Source: Paraspadella gotoi
Taxonomy: Eukaryota; Animalia; Chaetognatha
Reading direction: 5' to 3'
Length of the DNA: 64,000 nt
Assembly (NCBI GenBank): GCA_051294375.1
Contig: CM119264.1
Span: 16,093,245 to 16,157,244 of the forward strand
This document shows positions 1 through 12,947 of this stretch, piece by piece; within the stretch, counting starts at the first letter, position 1, and each line of letters begins with the position of its first letter. The notes beneath the pieces were generated by a model. The model was not told the DNA's origin, searched no databases, and worked only from the letters and a program-made list of their open reading frames with translations. A program made the position numbers and the translations under genes.

Positions 1-429
1 TTGTTTGTTTATTTGTTTGCTCTGTTTTCTTTCAGAAAAAAAAATTACTATTACATCAATCAATTTCTATAGAAAATATAAAAAAAATATTTCACGAACA
101 TTAATGCATTGTTAAAAGTATAATTTTTTAAAATTGTTTATCTTTCTCAAAGTAGAAGAGTTTTTCTTCGATATAACAACTTTTTTTTTTTATTGAACAA
201 GTTTTGACTCTGTTTTGCGCTGATGAAGCGGCTAAGAGAGAGAGAGAGAGAGAGAGGGAGAGCGACGGAGATATCGAGAGAGAGAGGGAGAGCGACGGAT
301 ATCGAGAGAGAGAGAGGGAGAGCGACGGATACAGAGAGAGAGAGAGAGAGAGAGAGAGCGACGGAGATAGAACGAATAAAAAGGAAGAAAGACGGAAATA
401 TGCAAATGAGCTCCGACGAATCCGATAGA

Positions 430-553
430 ACTAAATCACGTGACTCGGGAGGCCAGGGACAGCTGTAAGGGAGAAAGCGTCAGGCGCGTCGTCAGGCGCG
501 TCAGGCGCGTCGTTGGGCGCGTCAGCTGTCTGGAAACCGAGGTCGCGTGATTA
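430..553. mobile_element. Small foldback/MITE-like element with imperfect terminal inverted repeats and an internal GTCAGGCGC repeat
   Basis: Left TAAATCACGTGACTCGG...GACAGCTG approximately mirrors right CAGCTGTC...CCGAGGTCGCGTGATTAG. The centre is tandem GTCAGGCGCGTC units. Confidence 0.35.
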
Positions 554-1765
554 GGGAGGAACGGAGGAAAGTATAAAAGGAAAGGAAGGAAAGGAAAGAG
601 GGTCATTCCCAACTTTTCAATCCACGGAGAGAGAGCTGCGCTCTGCTCTGCATTTAATGGAAAATTGTTGTAACACTTTGTACTATTTATCTTCATATAA
701 ATATACACTACCTGACTATAGTTTACTTCAATTCTTCTATCACGTTAGTACCAGCTAGTGGGGTGTTTGTAGCAGCCCAAGGCCTACCACGCTACACTGA
801 TAAAGACTCGAAAAAACATTGTCGAAACTTGTTCAATAAAAAAAACGTTGTTATATCGAATAAAAACTCTTCTACTTTGAAAATCATTCACAAAAAAACG
901 AACAGAAAGGCAATTAACCAAAAAATTTTATCAAAATTTTTTCAAAACAATTGGTAAAAAACTAACTTAATTTATAATGCGAGGTATGTAACATAGTCAA
1001 TTTTTTCCGCTCTACAAGATAGTTTGGGTTTGGTTCCTCTAGCAATAAAGCTTTAAAAGATATTTAGCAAAAAGTCCATTTTTTACCTTTTTTTTTCATT
1101 TTTTTTAAAGTTGGCAGCATTTACTGTAAATTTTTTTTTGGAAAAAAAAATGTTCAAAAAATTCATATGATGTATTGGGCACCTATTGCACAATACTCGT
1201 TTTTTTATTTCAAAACTTTTCATATATGGAAAGGTCTACTATAGTATAGATAGGGTCACAGAAAACTACTTTATCAGAAAAATCAGGTTATGCTTGAAAA
1301 AACAGTAGATAAAGCGACATAAAAACAGTATTTTTGAGACTAAAAAGTTTTTAAAAGGTAAATAATGAGGAGGAGATAAAGAGATATCACTATGATATGT
1401 TATAATTATGTGTCAACATGATTCAAGTTATAAGTTTAAATTACTCTCTTAACTAGTCTGCATGACTCTCTCACTATCCTCGGAGCCTTTATAGTCGTAT
1501 AGACGTTTCCCTTTTGTTCATTCTGGCACAAGTTTTTGGCACAGCTGAAACTCGAACCTGTTGACATCGATAGTGGATTCAGTTTCGTAACTCAGTTTTC
1601 GATTCCCCGATCGAATGATCCTAAAGTTTTCAGAATGATCAAAACGATCGAACAGTACAAAAACTGTTCCAATCGCGGAATGTCACTCTACCGCAGATGA
1701 TCTTTAGAACTTATTTTGTCGCTAAATGTGATTTCAACACGAAAGAATATTGAAGTCAAGAAACT

Positions 1766-4700
1766 ATGGAGACGACGTCGGGCTCCCCGGTCTTGGAGGA
1801 ATACATCGACGAGCAGTTCATCCAGGAGGGCATACTCCTGAAGGACGATCCCGATGACACCTGGTTCGATGCCAGGTCGATCGTCCAGGATGACTGCTTG
1901 GACAAGGCCCCTTACAGATGGGTTTGTGCCATCGGTAAGCGATTTTAATAATTCGTTCCTCTCCTGGTCTTTTTAACGATGGTGCGTGCTCAGATCTCTG
2001 TCAATTTAATAATTTATTTAATTCTTGAATCAAAATCGTATAATCATTTTAAACGAAAGAAATTCTTAAATAAAAACAGAAAAAATTCTGGAAGTTGGAA
2101 CGAAGACTCAGACACAAGCGATCTCTTGGGACTGGATTCTTGTTAAAGGGTGAAAGAATCATCTTGACGCCGAAGTACAAGGTTTCTAAAATCCTTATCA
2201 GGTTTGTTTTAAAAATATGACCTTGTTGTACAGTGTTGACACTAGTAGGAATAATTTGATTTTAATTTTGTATTTAGTTTTCCGTACATTCGAGAAAAGA
2301 AATGTACGATCGAAGATTTAGAATGCGAAACGTTAGTTTACTCCAAATTAGATATTGGAGCCATCAGGTTATCAGGTTTGTTTTAAGTCGGATCTGCTAA
2401 TAGGAGATGTCCGTCTGTCTGTCTGTCCGTCCGTTTCTCGTTAGCTTTGAAAGGTAATTAGCAATTATTTGAAATTTCTTGTATTGGTGAGGAAGTGTGT
2501 CATCGAGCACGAAATTAATTTTTGATGTTGAAACGATGATAAAATCGAGAATATAATACCGCGGTTGCCGCCTCGCCGGCGACGAGAAAAGGATGCTGCT
2601 GCTGCGAGCGGCGGTTCCGCAGCGTCGGGGGCAGCCGAAGCGTGAGTGGAAGTTAGGTGATCAACGTTGGATGAGAGATAGCGGACACTGGCGCTGAACG
2701 AGCAGACTCGCGGCGTTTTTATCGGCTGCAACGGCGGCGTCCACGTCGGGCCGGAGGCGAAAGAAGATAGGAATTATTGAATGAGCTCCTCCGGCGTACG
2801 GTTAGCTATAATGGCGACGGCAATCTGATCGAGGGAAAGACCGGCGATGTCTCGCTTGATCGCGCGCCGAAAATCCTCAATGGCCTTCGCCGCGGTCGCC
2901 GCGTAAAGTAGAGATTGCGCAAGGAAAGGCGGCTCCGGTGTAAAACGCTTGCGGATTTCGGCGACAAGTTGCTCATTAAGGCCCGCTCCGGCCTTGACGT
3001 TCGAGCGCGACGGTCCGCAGTTCGTGTCAACTGGACGCGATGTCAGCTTGCGACAGAGATGTAATACTTAGACAGAGAGAGACACGGCGGATTCGCGAAA
3101 ATCCGCCCAGCACGTTGACCAATGCGACCGGCGTTTCGTCCCATCCGTGTAGTGCCAAATGTTTACGTGCTTACATTGCCCGTCGGTAGCCATGTCGGTG
3201 TTCGTGTCGGTTGCGTGTTTCGTCGGTGTTGAATCTACTGTCAGAACGTCGGGGACTATGACGATGATAAAATCGAGAACTAATATTTTCGGAAGGAAAA
3301 ATCAGCCATCAAAACACTCGAGCATCGAACGAACTAAAATTTCGATCTTTTCGGCAAGTGGCGAAGAGAGAGAAAAACAAAATTACTGCAATGTAATTGT
3401 TTAAGTGGAAATGAGTTTAAATGGAATAAACAAAAAACACGTTTCACTATTTGATCTTGATTTTTTATTTCGCCAGACGGCGAAAGCCCGACTTGTATTG
3501 GGCGAGATTAAGGAACGGCTCTGCTTCTTTGTGACCGTCGTCGTCGTCTAGTTCTTTACCATCGCAAATTATTGAAAAAAAATTATATCTTTTTTTCTTT
3601 CTCTTTTTATTTCTCTCTCATACACGCATGTTTATTTACGATGAATGAATCATCGCATCAATGAGTGACTATCATCGCATCAATCAATGATTATCATCTA
3701 TCAATCATTTGGTTATCATCGAATCAATTATTGGTTATATCGCATCAATATTTGGTTATTCATCGCATCAATACTTTGATATCATCATCAATATTGGTTA
3801 TCATCACATTAATAATGGTTATCATCGTATCAAATATTGGTTATCATCACAATAAATAACTATTACATCAATCAATCAGTTATTATTATATCAATCAATC
3901 AATTATTATTACATTAATCAATCAATAATTATTACATCAATCAATCAATTATTATACATCAATTCAATCAATTACATCAATCAATTAATTCTATTACATC
4001 AATTAATCAAATTATTTATTACATCAATCAATCAAATCAATTACTATTACATCAATCAATTACTATTATATCAATCAATTAATTATTATTACATCAATTA
4101 ATAAATTACTATTACATCAAACAATTAATTACTATTACGTCAATCAATGAATTACTATTATATCAATAAATGAATTACTATTACATCAATCGTTAATATA
4201 TGATAGATATATGATTGCCTCACGTTTTAATAATAATACTTTTTCTAAACCGTTTTTTGCCTTCAATAGATAAATTTTGATCTTCACGTAATACATTCAT
4301 AAGGCTATTCATAATTTATTTATAATTTACACCAATAATTTTATTGATTATACTACATCATTATATATTTTATACTATTACATCAATCAATTATTATTAT
4401 ATCAATCAATTATTATTATATCAATCAATTACTATGACATCAATCAATCAATTACTATCACATCAATCAATAAATTACTATTGCATCAATCAATCAATTA
4501 TTATTACAACAATCAATCGATTTTTATTACATCAATCTATCAATTACTGTTACATCAATCAATTAATTACTATTACATCAATCGTTAATATATGATAGAT
4601 ATATGATTGCCTCACGTTTTAATAATAATACTTTTTCTGAACCGTTTTTTGCCTTCAATAGATAAATTTTGATCATCACGTAATACATTCATAAGGCTAT

Positions 4701-7198
4701 TTATAATTTATTTATAGTTTACACCAATAATTTTATTGATTATACTACATCATTATAAATCCAAATTTAACTAGCGGAAAATCCTTTCGGCATCGGGACT
4801 AAGGAGGGATTCGAACCATGGACCTTTCCGTCCTCCCGGCTGCGTCGCAATGAGGCTCTCCTTATTTGCGGATTTCCTGCTCCTCGAAATCTTAAAGCTT
4901 CTATGACTAAATCCGACCAAGAGAAAAAGCAGGTGAAAAAAAACGGAAAAACTTTAACTAGTTTAATAATTATTTGTAAAATTTTTAGATGAAAAAAAAG
5001 CTGAAACTTTATTCACATGACGTTTAAATAATATCAATAGTTATATATATATGACACAATGAAAAATGGCGTTGCGTAACAGTTGCAGGCATAAAAAAAT
5101 TTCACTGTTCGATATACACTGATGATATTTGGTTGGATTTTGTAAATCTTTTTATTTTGATGTATTTATATAAAAGTTATCAATGGAAAATCTTATTTTG
5201 TTTTTAAATATGACTAATTAAAGGGTAAAATATTAAAATTATCCCCAAAAAATTATTTATTCATATTTATCTAATATATTATAGTAAAGTAAAATGAAAA
5301 TTGCATCAGAGCCTTGTTTACTATATTTTTCATCTTATTTTTTGAAAACCATTTGTTAAATACGCTTAATGCTGCATATTTTTTTAAAAAACATTCTGTA
5401 TATTGTTTAATTAATGCAGATAAAGCCGTTATTTCTGTTATTGTCACTATAAAGAAAGTTAAGATGGTTGTTGTTATTATGGTTGTGGTAGTCATGATTG
5501 GTATGATTATAGTAGTTATTGCCTTTATACACATTACACAATCTATATATAATATTATAACAATTTTTAAATTTTTTTATTTATGAAAATTTTCAAATTA
5601 CTTGTTTCACTATTTTTTATTTTTATATTTTATTTTTTTATATTTTTTTATATTTTTATATTTTTTTATATTACATTTACTCCTACGATTTTATCAAAAC
5701 TTGATTTTTGGCTTTCCTAACAACATACAAAATTTTAACATAATCCAGCAATCCAATCACGACTAGCTGGAGTTTGAAGCAAAAGGCGGATAGGTGGACA
5801 TATGGATAGACTGACAGACAGACATCTTTTTTTTATAATTGAACATTTTTTAGATGATTTAAGTTATTGATGACCAAACCGATGAACAGACAAAGGGGAT
5901 TAAATAGCGTTCATTCTGCTTAAGCAGATTTGACTAAAAGTTTGTCTTAACCATTCTCATTGAAGATAATGGTTTTGCATAGAAAATGAAAATATCAAAA
6001 AAATAAAAGAATCAGACTAGCAAAATCGAAAGGCTAGAAGCTGATTTTTTTTAAATTTTTGTTTGAAAGAATTTTAAAAAAAGTGAAAAATATAGTATTT
6101 ATATAAGGTTTTCAAAAATACCTCTAAAATATTAGACAATTAGATACAAGGGGAGAAATCAGAGAAAACTTTCTAATCATAAAAAAAATTGAAAACGAAT
6201 TTGTCCTATTGTTTTTCAGATTAATTGACTAATTACAAGCTAATGACTCATATAAATTGAGGAAAAGATGGGTAAAAATATTCATCTTGGTCTTAACTAT
6301 TAAGTTATTGTTATAGTTTCGTTTTGACAACATTAATACTCCTGTTTCATTTTTAAGAGCAATGGTCTGAAATTTTGTAAGCTTTTTTAGCTATATTGCT
6401 TTATCTTTTTTCCAATTTTTCATCCAGTTATATTTTTTGTGGATGGTCAAGGGTTAAGGTCAGATACAGTTATGTCCAGTAGTGCAACACGCACGCATAA
6501 GCTAAAGTACCAACCAATTAATTTGGGTCAGCAACAAATTTAAAGGGACGAAATCAGCAGGAGAACGTTTCGCCACGTTATTTTTCATTGTCTCATGTAT
6601 TGCTATCTATGTATATTTATAGTATTTATAAGCTGTTCGAATGCTTCCTAATTATTGCGTCGTAAAAAACAAAAAGGCAAACCCGCACAAACCGGTCTCT
6701 GGCGAAAAAACTCTACAACTCTACTTGGAGAACAAAAAGACAGATTGGCCAGTGTTGGTGGAAGGCATGGGAATTGTGCACACAGTCGATGGTGACGACG
6801 AGACTTTCGAACACAAAGTGGACACAGAGGCCGGGAATAGCGGGTGAGAAGTTAGGAAAAGTAGGTCTTCGAGAAATTCTTAGATAAGTTTTATTTCTTA
6901 CTCTTCTCTCGTTTGAGGAAGACGATGGCGCGAGCAGTTCACCGTCCGTATGAAATACTACATCTATACTATAGATTCTATAGTCTATACCTCCCTGTTT
7001 TTTTCAACCAGCCACATTCAATCCAATCATAACATGATAACTGCTCCAACCCAACTCAGGAGTCCAGTGTTACGATGGTCCAACGGCGAATGGCGCGTAG
7101 TCGGCGTCCACGTGGCGGGCGATGACGATCGGAAATACAACTACGCCGTTTTGCTGACGAAAAACAATCTGACAAACCGACAGATGGCGAAAAAGTGA
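1766..7198 (+). CDS. Multi-exon trypsin-like (V8/Trypsin_2, FAM111-type fold) serine peptidase homologue; may continue to 8891
   Basis: Exons at about 1766-1934 (APYRWVCAI), 2080-2201 (GTGFLLKGERIILTPKY), 2278-2375 (LDIGAI), 4775-4932 (LLICGFP), 6633-6843 and 7060-7194. The last two splice in phase to DTEAGNSGSPV...VVGVHVAG. Motif order matches chymotrypsin-fold V8-like proteases. Some junctions (1934/2080, 4932/6633) do not phase cleanly. Confidence 0.7.
2386..3500 (+). mobile_element. Helentron-associated (DINE-1/HINE-like) non-autonomous element in a peptidase intron
   Basis: Starts TTTTAAGTCGGATCTGC and has a (GTCY)n microsatellite at about 2409-2435. It carries the AGTGGAAATGAGTTTAAATGGAA core shared with the 17.2-18.3 kb and 58.1-58.8 kb copies. 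It ends with hairpin TTTCGCC-AGAC-GGCGAAA followed by CCCGACTTGT. Confidence 0.55.
3640..4755. repeat. ATCAATCAATTACTATTAC / ATCATCGCATCAAT minisatellite plus a ~200 bp local duplication
   Basis: Tandem ~19-23 bp units. 4170-4370 is repeated at about 4560-4755. The same satellite occurs in reverse at 46330-47170 and 58900-59690. Confidence 0.8.
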
Positions 7199-7301
7199 AT
7201 TAATAATTAATACATTGATTAGTTTGTGTAGATTCAAGAATTGAACCTGTAGGTCTGAAGATATTTTTTTTCACATTGGATTTTGAAATCACTCTTCACA
7301 G

Positions 7302-8891
7302 AGTCGAACATCGATGAGCCTTGGAAATTAACCAACAACCGGCGCAAAGATGAAGCGATTCCCTTTAATGACCAAGCGGCTCGAGGATTTGGACCGGATC
7401 GATTTGGGGACGGAAGCGGTGATGGAGGCGGAGACGGCGTCAGGAGCGGAACCTTAGACGCGCCCCCCTCAATCCCCGGAACACAGAGCGAAGATCGCCG
7501 CTCCGGATCTCCGAGTCTTTCTGAAGACGAGACATTGCGCTCCGGGGAAGTGCGGGTAGGTTGTTTCTCTCCTTCCTAGAAAAAAAATCGCCATTTGTAA
7601 ACCTGTTAAGATTTTTTAATCTTAAAAATTAAAAACCAAAATTATTTATGTATCCAAATTTCATATTGATTGGTTTTGATTTGACTTGGCAATAAGCAAA
7701 GTGGTTTTAAAAATGATCTTTTATTTTAAAACTCAATCCTTTTTTTTTCAATCCTTTGGTCCAACTTTCTAGTTATTTTTTTAAAAACTTTTACAAAAAA
7801 AAGTATCAATATTATTATCTTCTAAAAGCTCTTAGAAAAATATGAAGAGATTGACATATTTAAAAATGTTGTTGAAAATTTTTTTTTATAATGAAAAAAC
7901 ATTTTTAAGACAACTTTTCTCGGCACATTGCCAAGTCAAATCAAAACCAATCAATATAAAATTTAGATATATACATGATTTTGTTTTTTACAATAAAACA
8001 TTTTTAAGATTGAAAAAAACTTTACAAGTTTGCCAATGGCGATTTTTTTTTTCACCGGCGGGTTTCCGTGTGCCACTTTATAGAAGTAAAGCAGAAAAAA
8101 AGATAGAAGAGATTGGTTGTCTCTGTTATATACCTAATGTAATAACGTAATGTAATTCATATACAAAAAAGTAAAAAGTAAAAACAAGTAATCTTGCAAT
8201 TTTTCATACCTCCCCGAAGTTTGTTTTTAAGCCTCGATTTCGTTCATAGGTTGGTCCTCGGTTGACACTGATTCAACTTTCGGAGGGACCGAAGCGAATG
8301 CGCGGACGGGAAATAGTGTTTCCGGTAAAACTAACGCATTAGATATTCATACAATAAATAGATTAATATAAAAATTGGTGTATAAATATTAAATAATCAT
8401 AAAAGAAAGAAAGAAGGAAATAACGCTTGATAAGAAGGAAATAGTTTAAATAAAAACTTTAAGAAATCCATATCTGTGTATAAATAGTAATTATTACCTA
8501 TTCTTACTACTAGGCCGCACTTTCAACGCCAAAAGCACGTCCACAGTTCATGGTAAAGAGTTGTCATAAACAAATTACATACAATATTAAAATCAACATT
8601 GCTCTTAGTAGAAAGTGTCAAAAGACTCTTTTCTCCACCAAAGATCTTCGAGGGGCGACCATTGGCACCAACGCCCCCGTAGAAAATATAGGCGTCATTT
8701 ACGGCGACTACACTGTAGGAGGCGGCGTCGCTGGAAGCGGCGGTGGCGCCGGCAGCACAGACAGCAGTCAAAAAAGCAGCAAGAGCAGCAACAGCCACGT
8801 GACACTCAGTGTCCAAAACAAAAATTCTTACATTGGAAAAATGACGAATGTCGAAGGAGACATGCATATCAGAGGAGACATGCATCTTTGA
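7302..8891 (+). CDS. Probable further exons (Gly/Ser-rich linker, then a C-terminal G/I/V/N-rich motif region), possibly the 3' part of the peptidase gene
   Basis: GC-rich segments bounded by AG/GT at about 7302-7559, 8250-8324, 8514-8551 and 8644-8891 chain in phase 1 and end ...NVEGDMHIRGDMHL*. The link to the 7194 donor is one base out of phase. Confidence 0.45.
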
Positions 8892-10392
8892 TTTTCCCAG
8901 AAAATAGCTATTTTTCAATTTTCAGCTTTTACGTATCCCTCTTCGTTCCTGTCTTTCATAATACAACAAAGTTGATTTTTCAAAATGAAATGAATAATAT
9001 ATATATATTTATTAAGTAATAATTGGCGAAACAGAAGAATATGTTGACTGTAAACATGAGTGATTGAACAAAGACAATGGAGATACCGACTAAGTAAGAG
9101 AGGGGCCAGTTAATAGCCTGCCATTGTGGATTGACCCCGAGGTAGCGTAATCGTCTTTGCCATAAATTTGGGAATATATGAGCATCGAGCAATGATCAAA
9201 ATCAAGCACAGATAGCTTTAATGTTAAAAAAAAAATCTCAAGGTACAAACCCAGCCAAAATACTAGAAAAAACCATAAACCTAGAGCTTACCCATTTATC
9301 ACTTAGTCACTGAAAAACCATTAGAGTTCAGTCAAAAATTATCTATTTTTCATTTGCACCCCGTTTTCACGTCGATGAGTTGTTTTCGAAGCTTTTCTCG
9401 TTTCGTAAGATACCGCTTGCCAAAGAATTTGGAATGCGTTACTCGAAAAATTTTTGGAACTGGATAAAATAAAACGAAATTGATTTATTCTCACGATTAT
9501 GTTTTTAAATGCAGAGCCTCAGGTGTTCATGGATATAAAGACGAGAATAAAATTAATGATTCTGTTTTTGTTTTTTTATATATATGCATTTAAAGTTTTT
9601 AACAAACATATTTTTGTTCTGGTTCAGTGAAATCCTTTCTTTCTTTGCGTTTTGATTTAAAGAGAGTTTGAAGAAGCGCAAAATCGTTGCTTGCACTACT
9701 TCAAACTCTATTTAAAGTGGTATTATTATAAACAAGTTTGACCAAATAATGCCGGATCTGCTTACTATAACTAAGCAGTAAGCAGCTAATCAGATGATTT
9801 GTTAAATAGTTAAATAACTAATTAATAATGATTTTATTATATTAATTAATAATAATTAATATAATATTAATTTAATTATTAATTTATTAATAACAGTAAG
9901 CGGTAAGTAGCGGTAAGCAACAATTCATATGATTAATCAATTGATTATGTAGATTAATTAAAAGTTTGAAAAGTTTCAAGATTATTAGACTAAATTGGAT
10001 TAAGTTTAAAGATAAATTTAAAAATTTAATATATTTCACTTGATGTAGTAATCAATAACCAAAATAAATTCGTAGTAAAAAATTCTAAAAACTTTGCTTT
10101 TCTCTATTAATATATATTAGGTTTAATTAATCATCGTTGATTGATCATAACCATTACGTATAATTAATTAATGAATTAATTGCAATACTATGAAATTAAT
10201 TGATTAATTAATTAATTGTTGAAACTTCTATTTACATTTTACATAAAAAAAATCAAATTGTAAAATGTATTTTCTGTTTTTTCTATTTAAACTTATTTCC
10301 ACTTCGACGATTCTAACAAAATGTGATTTCCGACAATGTGTATCATAGAGCTGAAATATGTAATAAGCAGACCCGGCTAAAAATATAAATCA

Positions 10393-11453
10393 TACCGGCC
10401 GCGTGACCTCGTTTCTTCTTTTCATCGACCAATTCAGTGTTCCATCGGTTTTGGTCCCCTTCCTGGTCTTTTCCAATCTCCCTGTATCGCCCTCCAGCGC
10501 CAATGCTATTGTGGCCGCTATGAGAGACTCTACCCGGCGCCGATTTGCTTCTTGGCCAAATTGCCGATCCAAGAGAGGAAAATGTCCACTTAAGACCCTG
10601 AGACGCGGATGAATCGAGAGGTCGAGGGCTGTTTCGCCCCAATGGCGGGTTCGACGCGGAATCGGCGCCGTTATGCAAAACGCCGTTGACGTGAGAGGCG
10701 AAAATTTCTTCGTCCTCGAAAAATATAGAAAATCTTGCTTCATTATTTCCTTTGTTGGCGCAGAGATTTTTCCTTTGTAATTTATCGTCTTTTTCCGCCA
10801 CTTCGTTATCGACCACTTCTTCCAGCACCTTTTCCGCTTCTTCCTCGACATCATTACTGGAATATTTCGCCCTTTCTTTATCCTTCGTCTCAGGCCGCAC
10901 CGAGAATGGCATTGCCACTGTAGCCTCGCCACTATTCAGCAACTCTTCCGATGCGGCAGGACTCCTTTCTTCTTTTGACAGCAATATTTTAAAGCTTGCG
11001 GAAAAAACGTCGTTTGATTCTCCAGTCGGCGTTTCATCCTTCCACATTGGCGCGTTGAAACACCAAGATGGCGTCAAATGAAAGTCAGAATGTCTGTTGT
11101 CTTGTTCGCCGTTGTTTTCGTGACAGTCGTCGTCGTCGTCGTCTAGATCCATCGCTGACTCCAACGACCTTAAAGGTACAAAGAATTGAATACAAAACAA
11201 TATTGTATTCAACTATTCATCTTTCTTCCCTAATTCCATTACATGGAAGCAAGCCGGATTGCGGGCTCTTGCGATTGCACCTCCGGAGTTCTACCCTCGT
11301 TGACGTCGAGACCACTCTTGATCTCCCGAATGTTGAATTGTTTTGATGAAAGAGATTCAACGCCGTTGAAGGAAAGTTGGAAGACATCCTCGTCGTCGTG
11401 GTCGTGGCGAATTTGATCGTAGTCATTATCGTCGTCGTCGTCACTTACTGATC
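10393..11453 (-). CDS. Internal exons of an uncharacterised, acidic, low-complexity protein; gene ends not determined
   Basis: 289-aa minus ORF with an acceptor near 11169 (TTTAAG) and a donor at about 10393 (GTATGA). An upstream exon at about 11453-11242 reads SDDDDDNDYDQIRH... No recognisable domain. Confidence 0.55.
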
Positions 11454-12347
11454 TGAAACCCAGAGTTAAACGAAGATGTAAGCATAATGAGTATTAATGT
11501 TTTTCTAACTAACAGTTATCATTGTGATTGTTAGATGCACCGAACGCAAGATAGAAATTAATTATTTCTGAGCGCTTTGTTATGGAAATTAAAGATTTCA
11601 TCCGGATCTGATGAGAGGTGGAATGCCTTTTAGAGCGGAACGCGCGTATTTTCTTCAATTGTGCTTGGTGATAATTAAACTAAACTTCTACTCTGGGCGC
11701 TGTTAAAAAATTCGCCAAGTGAAGACGGCGTGAGGCACTCACCGAAAAAGTCGTGAAACGAGTCGTGATTTGTGCGAGATTCACGGTGACATTATCTTCT
11801 TGGGAATAGGAAATCTAGTGAAATCACGTGGTATCATTATAATGAAATGTGGACAAAAAATTATAAACAGCTGAACAAAACAAATGCTCGAACGCCCATC
11901 CTTTTTTTTTAAATTTTATCATTTTCTCAACAGAAATGATATCAAAATTTTTACTTGAGATGATGACAATTTGGTCGAGGTTCGCGTTTGGAATGTGAAC
12001 CAGACGAAATCTCCCGCGGTTTCACTTTCTGAATAATAATAACAAAACGCAACTTTAAGAAACGTTTTATGACTTATAATAAACGATGCTCTCAAACCGC
12101 TTACCTTCATTGCGGATAACATATTCTCTTGTACGAAACTTTCACCGAATTGCCAATCGCACGAATTCGCGGTTGAAAACGAAGCCTAAAAAAAGAAGAA
12201 AAATATGTTCTGCTTTTTTTTTCTCTTTTGGCAACATCTTCACTATCTCTCCCATAATGTTTTTCATTAACGTAAACTATTTATAGACAAAGGAACCGTG
12301 ACGTGGGAACGGGAAGATTGACAGCGAAAAAGACGAACAGAGCGAGA

Positions 12348-12393
<46 letters not shown>

Positions 12394-12434
12394 CGCTGTC
12401 TTCCGCTTCGCGAGAACTCACGAGCGCGCGCGCG

Positions 12435-12528
12435 TATAAAAGAAGTTTGACTGGAAAGTTGTTTTCAGTTTTCCAGCGCCTGATCTCGAAGCCCCTATCT
12501 TCGCTATACAAACCAAAAGAATATCAAG
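12435..12528 (+). promoter_or_regulatory. TATA box, initiator and non-coding first exon of the neuropeptide gene
   Basis: TATAAAA at 12435-12441 lies about 30 bp before the TCAGTT Inr at 12465-12470. A donor AG/GTCAGT follows at about 12528, and a CRE-like GTGACGTG sits at about 12298. Confidence 0.65.
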
Positions 12529-12947
12529 GTCAGTTGTAATTTTTTTTTACCAATCTTGATTTCAATACATCAAATTCTCACACAGTACTTACGCTCTAGT
12601 GCTTAAGATTATAATCAACTTATCATTCTAAACAGTATCTGTCGGTAATTTTATAACGATAATTATATACAAGAAACATAAAAAGATATATGATTACATG
12701 TTTTTTGAATTGTTACAATGTTGAGTTTCAGCCTAAACAGTAAACACATTAACAAAGCAAAAGGAAAGCGAAATAATTTTTTTTTTATTTTGCTTGTTCC
12801 TATATATGTTTCTCTAACCCTACAGTAGGGGTAGCCCCACTCAATGGGTGAGTCAAAAATTTAAAATGAGTACATTCTCAAACGAAAATTTATACATTTT
12901 TATGTATACTTTCAATGGAAAAAAAATTTCTAATATGGCTCTATACT

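Noticed and set aside
204-468. ORFs rich in RE/ER or LS/SL repeats here and at 12.3, 20.2-20.5, 21.2-21.7, 23.2-23.5, 33.3-34.1, 47.1-47.6, 52.0 and 55.1 kb
   Set aside because: They are translations of (AG)n/(CT)n microsatellites.
3665-4595. INQ/SIN-rich ORFs here and at 46438-46739; array superficially CRISPR-like
   Set aside because: These are AT-rich minisatellite translations. There are no unique spacers or cas genes, and the context is eukaryotic.
4800-4830. tRNA B-box-like GGTTCGAATCCC on the minus strand
   Set aside because: No cloverleaf or A box; it lies inside an in-phase coding exon of the peptidase gene.
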